Positions 37,564 to 48,558 are shown, numbered from the stretch's first letter. The stretch is 64,000 bases of DNA from Candidatus Latescibacterota bacterium (GCA_965237675.1 OZ250150.1:3360001-3424000), one strand, 5' to 3'. Notes: generated from the letters alone by a model not told the origin. Made by a program: numbers and translations.

Positions 37564-38681
37564 AGATCCGGGATATCGATTCAATATTGATCAACTCACC
37601 GGGGCGGAAGTGGACAATCGTGCGAGTGCATACGGATGAAGGGCCGGTGGGGCTGGGCGAGGCCACCTACTCAAAAAAAGAGCCTGTGGTGGTTGCAGCA
37701 CTTGAACATATGAAACAGGAACTGGTCGGTGAGGATGTTTCACGGATCGAGTACCTCTGGCATAAGATCTACAGGATATCGTCGCTCAGCGGAATCTGGC
37801 GGATGGTGGGCCCCGTCTGGATGAGCGCCTTGAGCGGAATCGATCAGGCATTGTGGGACCTGAAGGGTAAGGCGGCCAACCTGCCTCTCGTGGAGTTGCT
37901 CGGAGGAAAGTTTCGGGACCGTGTCCGCGTTTACACCCATTTCAGCGGTTCCACACCTGAAGAATCGGCGGAGGGCGCCAGGTTCTGGGTCGAAATGGGT
38001 TACAGGGCCCTGAAGACCGGTGCGCGTTCCAACACGAGGCGCCCGTTCGACTTCTACCTGGATGACGGCGCACCGGGCGAAACGGCGGCCCACTTCGCGG
38101 CCGCGAGGGAAGCGGTCGGCCCGGACGTGGACCTGCTGGTGGACTGCCACGGGCGATTCACCGTCGGCGGCGCCGTGCGGCTGGCGCGTGCGCTGGAACC
38201 CTACGACCTGTACTGTTTTGAAGACCCGGTGCCACCGGAGGATTTGTCCGCCTATCCGAAGGTGAGAAGTCAGACGTCCATCCCGATTATGGGCAGCGAG
38301 CGGTTGAACACCAAGACCCAGTACCGGCAGCTTCTGGAACTGGACGGTATCGATATCGCACAACCGGATCTCATTTACGCGGGTGGGATCACCGAGGTGA
38401 AGAAGATTGCGGCGATAGCCGATACCTATCACGTACCGATTTCCTTTCACAATACGAAAGGCCCCGTGGGTATTCTGGCGGCGGCGCATCTGCTGGCTTC
38501 CATTCCGAACGAAGCGCCCATGGAGTTTGTCACTGGAATCGAATGGCGGGATGAGATTCTGGTCGAACCGCTTAAGATCGAAGCGGGTTGCCTGGTGGTT
38601 CCGGAAGGGCCGGGCCTCGGGGTGGAATTAAACATGGAGGGCGTGGAGAAACATCGGTGGCGCGTGGGAGAACCGTATTGA
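37560..38681 (+). CDS. Mandelate racemase/galactonate dehydratase-like enolase superfamily protein
   Basis: GIDQALWDLKGK, VDCHGR, FEDP, GSER, QPD...GGITE, HN. Confidence 0.9.
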   Translation: MKIRDIDSILINSPGRKWTIVRVHTDEGPVGLGEATYSKKEPVVVAALEHMKQELVGEDVSRIEYLWHKIYRISSLSGIWRMVGPVWMSALSGIDQALWDLKGKAANLPLVELLGGKFRDRVRVYTHFSGSTPEESAEGARFWVEMGYRALKTGARSNTRRPFDFYLDDGAPGETAAHFAAAREAVGPDVDLLVDCHGRFTVGGAVRLARALEPYDLYCFEDPVPPEDLSAYPKVRSQTSIPIMGSERLNTKTQYRQLLELDGIDIAQPDLIYAGGITEVKKIAAIADTYHVPISFHNTKGPVGILAAAHLLASIPNEAPMEFVTGIEWRDEILVEPLKIEAGCLVVPEGPGLGVELNMEGVEKHRWRVGEPY

Positions 38682-38762
38682 CGGTGACGCGAGCCGTCGG
38701 CATTCCGCCGGTTGTCCGCTTTCGGTCCTTTCTTTCAATCAATTTCCGGTAACGTTCCGACA

Positions 38763-40394
38763 ATGTTAGACGTTCTGATCCGAAATGCCAGTATCGTCGA
38801 TGGAACGGGTGCGGCCTCCTATGGTGGCGACGTGGGTATTGAGGGGGACATGATTGCCGCCGTTGGCAGTGTGTCCGGCCCGGCCAGGTTGGAGATCGAC
38901 GCGGCCGGGCTGACGGCGGCCCCCGGATTTATAGACATCCACACCCATTCGGACTACAGCCTTCTGATCGACGGGCGGGGCGAGAGTGCGCTCTACCAGG
39001 GCGTGACGACCCATGTATGTGGAAACTGTGGGATATCGGCATTCCCGGTGGGTGGTAACGGGTTCTATTTCGGACCGTTCGAGTCCGCCCGGTTGCGGTC
39101 TGAGGTCAGGGCGGACTGGGCGTCCGCGGCCGCATATTTCGACGCGCTGGAGCGGCAGGGCGTCGCCATCAATGCCACGTTTTTTGTGGGCCATGGTGCG
39201 GTAAGGCACGCGGTGATGGGACAATCGACGCAGGCACCCGGGCGGGATGAGATGGCGGAGATGAAGGGGCTGGTCGACGCCCAGATGGCCGAGGGCGCGT
39301 TGGGCCTGTCCACTGGGCTCACCTACGTACCGGGCAGCAGTGCGAGTACAGACGAAATCATCGAGCTGACGGCCGTGACCGCCCCATACGGCGGAATATA
39401 CGCGACGCATATGCGCAACTATACGGCGTCCATTATGGAAGCTCTGGAGGAGGCGATTGCGATAGGAAGGGAGGCGGGCGTTCCCGTTCATGCCTCCCAT
39501 ATCACGCCCTGTCCGCCGGCTACGGGCAGTGCGTCGCGTTTGCTCGACCGGATTGAGCGTGCTCGGTCGGAAGGACAGGATGTGACGGCGGAAACGGAGT
39601 TTTATGCGACCGGGTCCACGTCGCTCAAGTCTCTCCTGCCGCCCTGGGCGCTGGAGGGCGGAAACGGGATGATGGGCAAACGATTGAAAGCGCCGTTACA
39701 GCGACAGCGAATGTGGCGAGAAATACAGCAAAGCGGATCGGAACTTGGAGGCAGCACAAAGACGGTATTGATGCAGCACGGTCACTGGAACAAGCTCTGG
39801 CTGGGCAACTGCGACGTTAACGCAAGGCTGACAGGCAAGACCTTCGCAGAAATTGGCCGGATGCGAAATGCGCACCCATTTGAGGCAATTTGCGATGTTC
39901 TGATTGAAGAAGACGGCGCCGCCAGCTTTTACGGAGAGGACAAAGCCGACGAAGACATCAACCGTCTCGCACAGGGGGCGAATTGCGGGGTCGGTTCGGA
40001 TGGACTGGCAATGGCCAATACGGGTCCGTTGGCTGGCGAGCGGGAACATCCCCGCTGCTACGGAGGTATGGCCTATCTGATTCGCACGCTTGTGCGTGAA
40101 CGGGGTGTGCTGCCTCTTGAAATTCTCGTAAAGAAGCTGACCCGATTTCCGGCCGAGCGGCTGGGGTTCACGGAACGAGGTCTTCTGCAGGAAGGCAAAC
40201 AGGCGGATCTGGTCGTATTCGATCCGGATGGGATGCTGGACCGGGCGACAATCCGGAATCCCTGTCTGTATTCCGAAGGAGTCCGTTGGCTTTTCGTCAA
40301 TGGAGTCGCCGCAATTGAGCACGGTAAAGCGACGGGTAGGAGAGGCGGGAGGGTGTTGCGGCGCGGTTTTCCCCGGAACGGTGGCCGTGGTTAG
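38763..40394 (+). CDS. N-acyl-D-amino-acid deacylase (D-aminoacylase)
   Basis: APGFIDIHTHSD, GNCG, THMR, GSDG, HPRCYG, ADLVVFD. Confidence 0.9.
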   Translation: MLDVLIRNASIVDGTGAASYGGDVGIEGDMIAAVGSVSGPARLEIDAAGLTAAPGFIDIHTHSDYSLLIDGRGESALYQGVTTHVCGNCGISAFPVGGNGFYFGPFESARLRSEVRADWASAAAYFDALERQGVAINATFFVGHGAVRHAVMGQSTQAPGRDEMAEMKGLVDAQMAEGALGLSTGLTYVPGSSASTDEIIELTAVTAPYGGIYATHMRNYTASIMEALEEAIAIGREAGVPVHASHITPCPPATGSASRLLDRIERARSEGQDVTAETEFYATGSTSLKSLLPPWALEGGNGMMGKRLKAPLQRQRMWREIQQSGSELGGSTKTVLMQHGHWNKLWLGNCDVNARLTGKTFAEIGRMRNAHPFEAICDVLIEEDGAASFYGEDKADEDINRLAQGANCGVGSDGLAMANTGPLAGEREHPRCYGGMAYLIRTLVRERGVLPLEILVKKLTRFPAERLGFTERGLLQEGKQADLVVFDPDGMLDRATIRNPCLYSEGVRWLFVNGVAAIEHGKATGRRGGRVLRRGFPRNGGRG

Positions 40395-40473
40395 CGTAAG
40401 ACAAGCGGACGCCTTGAAACCCGCGCACCGCGGGTTGCCGACGGGCCGTTTGTCGCAGGAGTTAACGTTGTTA

Positions 40474-42873
40474 ATGGGTTATCCAGTGACACAATCAGGT
40501 TCGCCCGCATCACCGGAACGGAAGCCAGTCTCGTCATCCGGCGTGCGCCGTACGGACTCGAAGCGGTATCGCGGGGGTTTTATTTCAAGACATAGCCCGG
40601 GGTGGATGTTGGTTCTTGTTGGCGCCATGCTGGTTTGTACCGTACGGACCGGCGCCGTCGAAACAGATCCTCCGTCCACATTCCAGGATAGTGTGGATAT
40701 CCTGCTGGCAGACATCCCTCTCGAATCGCTTATGGCCAAATATGGCGATTCACTGTACAGGCCGCCTGAAGGCCGCGCGCGGATTCTGAGGGATCGTTAT
40801 GGGGTGCCTCATATTTACGGTCAGCGGGACGTCGACGTGGCGTTCGGATTCGGCTACGCGCAAGCCCAGGATCACCTGGTATCCATGTTGCTGAACTACC
40901 GGGCGGCGGCGGGAACGGCGTCGGAAGTGTTGGGGCCCGGCCACCTGGAGAGCGACGCGCGGGCGTTGCTCTGGCGAATCCGGAGTGTGGCCGTAGAACG
41001 ATACGGTGCACTGCCCCCCGAGACTCGGGATCTGATCGGCGCATTCGCGGACGGCGTAAACCACTACATCGACGTCTACAGGAAGGGGTTGCCGGATTGG
41101 GTGGCGCATGTGGGCGGCACCGACGTCGTGGCGCTGTCCCGGTGGCTGGTGATGTTGTTTGCGGAGCAGACGGGGCGCCCCGAACTGGCACAGAAGGGGC
41201 TGATGCCATTCCTGCGTACCGAGGCGACCGCAAATATGTGGGTTGTCGGAGGCTCTCGGACCGACGAGGGAAACCCGGTGTTTGTGATGGATCTGCACTT
41301 GCCGTGGCAAGCGCCCTTTCGGACGTATGAGGCCCATCTGGAGAGCCGCGAGGGACTGAGTGTCGGCGGCGCCACCTTTTTTGGTCTGCCTGTAATTCTG
41401 GTCGGACATAACCGGCACATCGCATGGTCGCTGGCGGTAAACGAGGCCGATATATTCGACCTGTATGAATTGAAGCTGGATCCGGCCAATCGGAAGCGGT
41501 ATGTGTATGAAAAGGAAAAAAGGCGTATGGCCACGCATCGCGTCCGGATCCGGGTCAAGGAGCCGCAGGGAATCCGAGAGGTGGAGCGCGAAATGCTCTA
41601 TTCACACCACGGGCCGATCTACAAGGCCGTGGAGGGATGGGCGTATGCGGGACGGTGCAGCGCCGAGGAGGTCGTCAATACGATAGGGCAGTTTTATATG
41701 ATCAATCGGGCCGTGGATCTGGAGGCGTTCCAGGGCGCGTTACGGATGCTCGAGCTACCGATGTTCCACGTCATTTATGGCGATGTGGAGGGGCGCCTGT
41801 TATATGTCTTCAATGCGCGCAGCCCGGTCCGGGCGGAAGAATTCGACTGGAAAAGTCCGGTCCCTGGCTGGGTGCCGGACACGGCTTGGAGGGGTGTAAA
41901 GGGGTACGAGGAACTCCCGCGGATCGTGAATCCGGAGGCAGATTTCCTGCAGAATTGCAATGTCGCGCCCGAATTCGTTACCACCGGCAGCGGCCTCCTG
42001 CCAATGGACTTTGCACCTTACCTGGGCTGGGGCGGGTACAACGACCGGGGGCAGCGCCTGATGACCTGGCTGTCCACGAATCAGACGGCATCGGTGCACC
42101 AGCTGAAAGAACTGGCACGAGACACCTATCTGATTGCGGCAGAGGAAACGAAGGGTTTCGTCTTGCGAGCGTACAATCGAACGTGGCACGAAATATACGA
42201 TCCGGACGGACGGGTCGCCCGGGCCGTGGAGCTTCTGCGCGGGTGGGACAACCGGGCGTCGGTCGCGAGCCGTGCAACATTGTTGTTCTCGATCTGGAAA
42301 TCAAGATTTGGTCTGCTTCTTGCCGGTGTCTTGCCAGAGCAACTGGGTCATGTACCGGTTTTGGAGAAACTGGCGCTCGAGGCATTGAGAATGGCCGTCG
42401 AGCATATGATGGCGACGTATGGACGGTTGGACGTACCCTGGGGAGAGGTGCACGTGATTGAACGGGGTGAGCGTCTATTCCCGGTGGGCGGTTCGCCGCC
42501 CAGGATCCAGGCGTTGCATACAACCTGGTCAATGCCGGATGAGGACGGCCGGTTTCGCGTCCGCGGCGGATCAGCGTATACGATGGTGGTGGAACTTGCG
42601 GATTCCGTTCGATCCTGGAGCCTTCAGGCTCTCGGCAACAGTGAGGATCCGGAGTCTGCCCATTTTCACGATCAGGCGGCGATGCAGGCAGCCGGGGAAC
42701 TGAAGCGGTTTCAATTTAACACGGAAGAAATCAATACGGACCTGCAGTCGGTGGTCACCGTGCCGCTGGAGCAGGCGGAGGTGGACCGGGAGCGGTTTCG
42801 TGTTCGGTGGAAGCAGGAGGTCTCTGCGTCCGGCGAGATGATGGATCAGGAGCCTGGAGACGGAGGCAGGTGA
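40474..42873 (+). CDS. Penicillin acylase/Ntn-hydrolase S45 family protein (start uncertain; nucleophile apparently Ala)
   Basis: RDRYGVPHIYG, GFGYAQAQD, ANMWVV, HLPW, GHNRHIAW, HHGP, QNCN, HFHDQA. Confidence 0.85.
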   Translation: MGYPVTQSGSPASPERKPVSSSGVRRTDSKRYRGGFISRHSPGWMLVLVGAMLVCTVRTGAVETDPPSTFQDSVDILLADIPLESLMAKYGDSLYRPPEGRARILRDRYGVPHIYGQRDVDVAFGFGYAQAQDHLVSMLLNYRAAAGTASEVLGPGHLESDARALLWRIRSVAVERYGALPPETRDLIGAFADGVNHYIDVYRKGLPDWVAHVGGTDVVALSRWLVMLFAEQTGRPELAQKGLMPFLRTEATANMWVVGGSRTDEGNPVFVMDLHLPWQAPFRTYEAHLESREGLSVGGATFFGLPVILVGHNRHIAWSLAVNEADIFDLYELKLDPANRKRYVYEKEKRRMATHRVRIRVKEPQGIREVEREMLYSHHGPIYKAVEGWAYAGRCSAEEVVNTIGQFYMINRAVDLEAFQGALRMLELPMFHVIYGDVEGRLLYVFNARSPVRAEEFDWKSPVPGWVPDTAWRGVKGYEELPRIVNPEADFLQNCNVAPEFVTTGSGLLPMDFAPYLGWGGYNDRGQRLMTWLSTNQTASVHQLKELARDTYLIAAEETKGFVLRAYNRTWHEIYDPDGRVARAVELLRGWDNRASVASRATLLFSIWKSRFGLLLAGVLPEQLGHVPVLEKLALEALRMAVEHMMATYGRLDVPWGEVHVIERGERLFPVGGSPPRIQALHTTWSMPDEDGRFRVRGGSAYTMVVELADSVRSWSLQALGNSEDPESAHFHDQAAMQAAGELKRFQFNTEEINTDLQSVVTVPLEQAEVDRERFRVRWKQEVSASGEMMDQEPGDGGR

Positions 42874-42876
42874 ATC

Positions 42877-43644
42877 GTGTTGCCCAGCATGAGGTTGGAG
42901 GACAAGGTCGTGATGGTCACCGGTGCGGGCTCCGGCATCGGCAGGGCCGTGGCCATAGCCGTGGCCGAGGCGGGCGCGCACTGTGTGCCCTGTGAATTGC
43001 CTGAAAGGATCGATGAACTGGACGGCGTTTGCGCCGATATCGAACATCTGGAGCGGCGTGCGCTGCCCGTATCCTTGCGCCTGCCGGATATGGACAGTAT
43101 CGAACTTGCGGTTGAGAGGGCCGTGACGGAGATGGGGCGGATTGACGTGCTGGTGAACAATGCCGGCGTCAATATACCCAGAGACGCGCTCGACGTCGAT
43201 GAGGCGGACTGGGACGACGTCATGGATGTGAATCTGAAAGGGCTGTTCTTCATGTCCCAGCGCGTTGGCCGGCGGATGGTGAACGCCGGCGCTGGAAAGA
43301 TTGTAAATATCGCCTCGCAGAACGGGGTGATCGGGTACTATCGCCGCGCGGCCTACTGTTCGAGCAAAGCCGGTGTGGTGAATCTGACCCGCGTGCTGGC
43401 GCTGGAGTGGGCGCCACACGGCATTACCGTGAATGCAGTGGGTCCCACGTTTATCCTGACGCCTCTGACGCAGTCCACATTTGACGATCCGGCACTGCGT
43501 GAGGACCTGTTAAAGCGGATTCCGCTCGGTCGGGTGGGGCGGCCTGAGGACGTTGTGGGGGCGGTGGTTTTCCTCGCGAGCCCGGCCGCGGATCTGATAA
43601 CGGGCCATACGTTGCTTGTGGACGGTGGCTGGACGGCGGTATAG
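42877..43644 (+). CDS. Short-chain dehydrogenase (KduD/gluconate 5-dehydrogenase-like)
   Basis: TGAGSGIG, NNAG, YCSSK, VDGGW. Confidence 0.93.
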   Translation: MLPSMRLEDKVVMVTGAGSGIGRAVAIAVAEAGAHCVPCELPERIDELDGVCADIEHLERRALPVSLRLPDMDSIELAVERAVTEMGRIDVLVNNAGVNIPRDALDVDEADWDDVMDVNLKGLFFMSQRVGRRMVNAGAGKIVNIASQNGVIGYYRRAAYCSSKAGVVNLTRVLALEWAPHGITVNAVGPTFILTPLTQSTFDDPALREDLLKRIPLGRVGRPEDVVGAVVFLASPAADLITGHTLLVDGGWTAV

Positions 43645-43718
43645 GACCGAATATCGGCGGGCCGTTTCCGGGGTGTGTTACCTGTCGTGCCGAACGCCTG
43701 CCGGCACGGGATGGGCGA

Positions 43719-44675
43719 ATGGATTCGCAAGAGATCGCCGAAGTCGCCGTGATCGGGGCCGGAACAATGGGGCCCGGAATCGCCGACCTGTTCGCCAGGG
43801 CGGGATGCCGCGTGCGCCTGGTAGACGTGAGCGATGCATTGTTGGATCAGGCAATGGCGCGCCTGCGGCTGAGTCAGCAGGCACTGATTGAAGCGGGCAT
43901 GCTGCTTCCCCGCGACGCCGATGCGGCCGCATCGCGGGTGACGACGACAACGGATCTGGACAAAGCGTGTGACGGGTCCGGGTTTCTGTTGGAGGCCGTG
44001 ACCGAAGACCTGGCGTTGAAGCAGGAGTTGTTCGCAAGATGCGCCAGGCTGTGCCCGCGAGAAACCGTTCTGGCCACCAATACGTCCGGGCTGTCCGTAA
44101 CCGCCATTGCCGGCGCGACCGGTCGCCCCGACAGGGTGGGGGGGATGCATTTCTGGAATCCGCCGCATTTGATTCCCCTGGTGGAAGTGATACGCGGCGA
44201 TCAGACCTCCGACGATACGGCCGGACTGTTGAAATCGGTTGCACTGAGGCTGGACAAGAAGCCGATCATGGTGCGGAGGGATATCCCCGGGTTCGTGGGC
44301 AACCGGCTTCAGTTTGCCGTGGTACGGGAGGCGCTCCATCTGCTGGCGTCGGGTGTGGCGTCGGCGGAAGATATTGATACGGCGATGACCGCGGGCCCCG
44401 GGCTCCGGTACAGCTTTATGGGGCCGCTGCGGACGGCCGATCTGGGCGGATTGGACGTGTTTCGAGCCATCAGCAGCTATCTGTTCGCCCAGCTGGGCGC
44501 GGAACGGGAGGCGCCCGAGCTGTTGAACGCGCTTGTTGGACATGGAAAACTGGGTGCGAAGTCGGGATCGGGGTTTTACAGTTATTCCGGTGCCGACGTG
44601 GAGCGGATTATACGACACCGGGACCGGATCTTGTTGAGGTTGATGGAGGTCCTCAAAGCGGACGAGGATGTGTGA
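43719..44675 (+). CDS. 3-hydroxyacyl-CoA dehydrogenase family
   Basis: GAGTMG, EAVTEDL..K, TNTSG, HFWNPP, PGFVGNRL. Confidence 0.93.
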   Translation: MDSQEIAEVAVIGAGTMGPGIADLFARAGCRVRLVDVSDALLDQAMARLRLSQQALIEAGMLLPRDADAAASRVTTTTDLDKACDGSGFLLEAVTEDLALKQELFARCARLCPRETVLATNTSGLSVTAIAGATGRPDRVGGMHFWNPPHLIPLVEVIRGDQTSDDTAGLLKSVALRLDKKPIMVRRDIPGFVGNRLQFAVVREALHLLASGVASAEDIDTAMTAGPGLRYSFMGPLRTADLGGLDVFRAISSYLFAQLGAEREAPELLNALVGHGKLGAKSGSGFYSYSGADVERIIRHRDRILLRLMEVLKADEDV

Positions 44676-44676
44676 T

Positions 44677-45675
44677 ATGACGGAGTTGGCAACCGGCAGG
44701 GGGCCGTTGTTTACAGACCCCGATCCCGAGGCGGCGCGCATTTTCTTCCGCAAGAAGCGCGCCGCGTTCGAAGATAAAGTGACGTCCGTCCGCGATGCGG
44801 TGTCCCGATTCGTAAAGGACGGGGACTATGTCGCTTCGGGCGGGTTCGGCACGAACCGGATTTCGACCGCGTGCATGCACGAGATCCTGCGGCAGGGCAA
44901 GCAGGATCTGGGTTTTGCGGGGCATACGACCACCCACGACTTCGAGATTCTGGCTGCCGGAAATCGGAATGGTCGGAAGCTGCTATCGCGGGTTGACGCG
45001 GCGTATATCGTCGGATTGGAGGCGAGGGGGTTGTCGCCGCAAGCCCGGCGGACGATGGAAAGTGGCGAAGTCACCGTGTGTGAGTGGTCGAACTTTACCC
45101 TGGCGGCGCGTTTCCGGGCCGCGGCCGCGGGGGTTCCGTTTATGCCGATGCGGAGTCTGCTGGGCACCGACACCTTCGAGCGCAGTGCAGCCAGGGAGAT
45201 CATCTGTCCGTTTACGGGGCACAGACTTCTGGCCGTGCCGGCTCTGTATCCCGACGTTTCGTTTATCCACGTGCACGAAAGTGATCCATGCGGAAATTGT
45301 CGGATCCAGGGAATTGTCGTGGCCGATTTCGACCTCGCGCGCGCGTCCAAACGGCTGGTCGTTACAACGGAACGACTCGTGAGTACCGATGAGATTCGGC
45401 GGACGCCGGAGGCGACGGCGATTCCGGCGTTTTGCGTGGACGCCGTCTGCGAGGTGCCGTTCGGTTCGTATCCGGGAAATATGTCGGGCGAGTATTTCTC
45501 GGACGAGGACCATCTGAAGGAATGGCTGGAAGTTGAACGGGATGAGGAAAGGTTTGAAGCCTTTCTTCAGAAGTATATCTATGGAGTGGAACACTTTGAG
45601 CAGTACGTGCACCTGTGCGGCGGGACGGAGCGCATAGACGAACTGCGTGAACTGGAGTTGCATCCGGGGTCGTAG
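44677..45675 (+). CDS. CoA-transferase subunit A (glutaconate CoA-transferase type)
   Basis: GGFG, EWSN..L, GVPFMP.RSLLGTD, PALYPD..FIHV, PFGSYP. Confidence 0.88.
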   Translation: MTELATGRGPLFTDPDPEAARIFFRKKRAAFEDKVTSVRDAVSRFVKDGDYVASGGFGTNRISTACMHEILRQGKQDLGFAGHTTTHDFEILAAGNRNGRKLLSRVDAAYIVGLEARGLSPQARRTMESGEVTVCEWSNFTLAARFRAAAAGVPFMPMRSLLGTDTFERSAAREIICPFTGHRLLAVPALYPDVSFIHVHESDPCGNCRIQGIVVADFDLARASKRLVVTTERLVSTDEIRRTPEATAIPAFCVDAVCEVPFGSYPGNMSGEYFSDEDHLKEWLEVERDEERFEAFLQKYIYGVEHFEQYVHLCGGTERIDELRELELHPGS

Positions 45676-45750
45676 CAAGTCCACTGGTAAAGAGGACCGG
45701 TTGTTTTCCGGCATATTTGCAGGCGGCAACGCGGCTGGAAGGAGAAGCGC

Positions 45751-46518
45751 ATGCCTGAATACAGCGCCACTGAACTGGCGATTTGCACGGCATCCAGAAT
45801 GCTGGAAGACGGTGCGACGGTGGGTGTCGGAACCGGGGCGCCGTGTGCCACGACGATGCTTGCCCAGAAACATCATGCCCCACATTTGCTGGTGGCCTTT
45901 GAAGCGGGTGGTCTTGCGCCGCTGCTGCCGTCCATGCCCATATCGGTTGGGGATTCGAGGACGTTCTTTCGAGCGCAGATGGCTACCAGTATGGGCGACG
46001 TCATGGAGGCGTGTCAGCGCGGGATGATGGATTACGCTTTTTTGGGCGGGGCTCAGATCGATCCGTTCGGTAATTTGAACTCAACGGTTATTGGGGATCA
46101 CGCACATCCAACCGTACGGTTTCCTGGAAGTGGTGGCGGGAACGACTTCGCCAGTCTGTGCTGGCATACGCTGGTCATGACGCAGCACGACCGAAGGAGA
46201 TTTGTGGAACGGCTGGATTTTCTGACCACACCGGGCTTCCTGTCGGGACCGGGCGCCCGCGAAGCGGCAGGGTTGCCGCGTGGCGGTGGACCCCTCAAGG
46301 TAATCACGGATCTGGCGGTGATGGGGTACCATCCTGACACGTGTCGGATGCAGGTGGAGAGTCTGCATCCGGGAGTTACGTTCGAAACGGTTCAGGGAAA
46401 CACCGGATTCGAGTTGTCGCTGGCGCCGGAGGCGGGCGAGACGGCGCCGCCCGACGAGGACGAATTGCGCATCCTGAGGGAAGAGGTGGATCCCTACCGG
46501 TACATTATTGGCAGATGA
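45751..46518 (+). CDS. CoA-transferase subunit B
   Basis: VGTG.P, FEAG, FLGGAQIDPFGNLNST, GSGGGND. Confidence 0.9.
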   Translation: MPEYSATELAICTASRMLEDGATVGVGTGAPCATTMLAQKHHAPHLLVAFEAGGLAPLLPSMPISVGDSRTFFRAQMATSMGDVMEACQRGMMDYAFLGGAQIDPFGNLNSTVIGDHAHPTVRFPGSGGGNDFASLCWHTLVMTQHDRRRFVERLDFLTTPGFLSGPGAREAAGLPRGGGPLKVITDLAVMGYHPDTCRMQVESLHPGVTFETVQGNTGFELSLAPEAGETAPPDEDELRILREEVDPYRYIIGR

Positions 46519-46534
46519 AAGGCGGAGGTGTCCG

Positions 46535-47398
46535 ATGGCATCCGTAAGCGAGATATATCGGTTCGACGAACTGACCTGGCCGGAAGTGAATGAAGCTGTA
46601 CGGATGGGCAAGATACCCATTATTCCAACGGGATCCGTGGAACAGCACGGGCATCATCTGCCGCTCAAGGTGGACCATCTCTGCGCCAATGCGGTGGCAA
46701 CCGAGGCTGCCAGGCGGAAGCCGGAGTTGAGCCTCGTGTTGCCGCCGGTCAGCTATGGCTACGTCCACCACGTCATGGACTTTCCGGGTTCATTGAACAT
46801 CCATTTTGAGCATTTTATACAGTATGTGCTGGATATCTGCAAGAGTCTGGCCTATCATGGGTTCAAGAAGATGATTCTCGTGAATGGCCACGGTTCCAAC
46901 CACAATCTCGTGGATATCGTGGCCAGGCGCGTGATTGTGGAGACGGACGCGAGCTGCGTGTTCTGTTCCTGGTGGCAGTTGTTGAACGTGAATCCGGATT
47001 TCGACAAGAAGTGGCGCGAAAGCGTTTTTCCCGGCGGCTGCGCCCACGCGGGCGAACTGGAGACGTCGATGATGCTGTATCTGGCGCCCGAGAGCGTGCG
47101 TACGGATCGGATCAGGAGTGAGATCGCGAAGACGAATAAACTAGGGTCGAAATTCGTCTGGACGGATCTGTTCGCCAAGGGAGCGATGGGGTTGATTGAG
47201 TGGACAAGCCAGTATACGGACAGCGGCGTGATGGGCGAGGCGGAAAAGGCGACGGCGGCTAAGGGAAAAATCGTATTCGAGGAGGCCAGCAGGAATCTGG
47301 CGGAGTTTATCGAGGAATACCACGCGATGAAAATTGCCGAACGTACACCGCACCAGAAAGATGCGCCCACGTCTCCATTGTCGTTTCCCACGGATTAG
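46535..47398 (+). CDS. Creatininase family amidohydrolase
   Basis: GSVEQHGHHLPLKVD, NGHGSN, HAGELETS; SD GGAGG. Confidence 0.92.
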   Translation: MASVSEIYRFDELTWPEVNEAVRMGKIPIIPTGSVEQHGHHLPLKVDHLCANAVATEAARRKPELSLVLPPVSYGYVHHVMDFPGSLNIHFEHFIQYVLDICKSLAYHGFKKMILVNGHGSNHNLVDIVARRVIVETDASCVFCSWWQLLNVNPDFDKKWRESVFPGGCAHAGELETSMMLYLAPESVRTDRIRSEIAKTNKLGSKFVWTDLFAKGAMGLIEWTSQYTDSGVMGEAEKATAAKGKIVFEEASRNLAEFIEEYHAMKIAERTPHQKDAPTSPLSFPTD

Positions 47399-47515
47399 TT
47401 TCTTATCTCCGAAGCCGCGCGAGCAATGGGTCGATGACGACCGGTCTGCAATCGAGCCGGGGAAGCGCTCGGCCGAGGGTGATCCTTCGGGGTTGTTTCC
47501 TAAAGGGGGTTCAGA

Positions 47516-48484
47516 ATGAAGCTTGTTACATATGGGATTGGAAGAGACCGGTATGTGGGGTCCGTAGTGGCCGATGGCAGAATCGTCGTGGATCTCGCGG
47601 CCGCTGAAAGGGAGTTGGCCAGCAGCCAGGGTCGGGAGGCGCGTGGATTCTTTGACAATATGCTTGTGTTGCTCGATGTCGGGAGGGCGGGCCTGCGCAC
47701 GGCGAAGCAGGTATCGCGAATGGCTGAGGAGCAGATGGGAGGCACGCCGGACGGCCGGCTTGGCCATCCGATCGGAAAAGTTCGGCTCAAAGCGCCCGTG
47801 CCTGACCCGCGCAAGGTGTTCTGCCTGGCCGGCAACTACCAGGACCACATTGAAGAAGGCGGGGGAAAACTGGCGATTCAGGACATGGAAACCCCGCGGG
47901 TGTTCATGAAGCCGCCGTCTACGACGGTGATCGGCCCCGGAGACAGCATTCTGATACCGCCGGTGGCCAGGTCGGTCGACTGGGAGGGGGAGTTGGCCGT
48001 GGTGATGGGGCGAAGGGCCAAGGGTGTGAGTGCTGACGATGCGCTCAAATACGTAGCCGGATACACCATTATGAACGACGTGTCAGAAAGGGACCTGCTG
48101 ATTAAGGATCGTACGGAAAGCCGGGACCGCGACAAGTGGTTCGATTGGCTGAACGGAAAATGGCTGGATACGTTCGGACCGCAGGGGCCATGGATTGTGA
48201 CGTCCGACGAGATTCCGAATCCTCAGGCTCTGGAAATAAGCACCTACGTGAATGGCGAGAGAAAGCAGAACAACAATACGGGGCAGATGTTGTATCCGGT
48301 CAACAAGATTATCGAGTATATTTCCACCATAATCACCCTCGAGCCGGGTGATCTGATCAGTACCGGAACCATTTCAGGAGTGGGCGCGACCACCGGAACC
48401 TTCATGAAGCCGGGTGACCGTGTGGAGATCGAGATCTCCGGTATCGGGGTGTTGCGGAATCGCGTGGCGGCAAGCAAGCGCTGA
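47516..48484 (+). CDS. Fumarylacetoacetate hydrolase family protein
   Basis: GNYQDH, DWEGEL, NDVSER, GK..DTFGP, PGDLISTGT. Confidence 0.93.
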   Translation: MKLVTYGIGRDRYVGSVVADGRIVVDLAAAERELASSQGREARGFFDNMLVLLDVGRAGLRTAKQVSRMAEEQMGGTPDGRLGHPIGKVRLKAPVPDPRKVFCLAGNYQDHIEEGGGKLAIQDMETPRVFMKPPSTTVIGPGDSILIPPVARSVDWEGELAVVMGRRAKGVSADDALKYVAGYTIMNDVSERDLLIKDRTESRDRDKWFDWLNGKWLDTFGPQGPWIVTSDEIPNPQALEISTYVNGERKQNNNTGQMLYPVNKIIEYISTIITLEPGDLISTGTISGVGATTGTFMKPGDRVEIEISGIGVLRNRVAASKR

Positions 48485-48558
48485 GGGGGTGAGGCGCGGG
48501 GCGGAAGTTGGCGTCGCTGGTGAGCGTCGGCGTGTTTCGGAATTGAACGGATGGTGAT

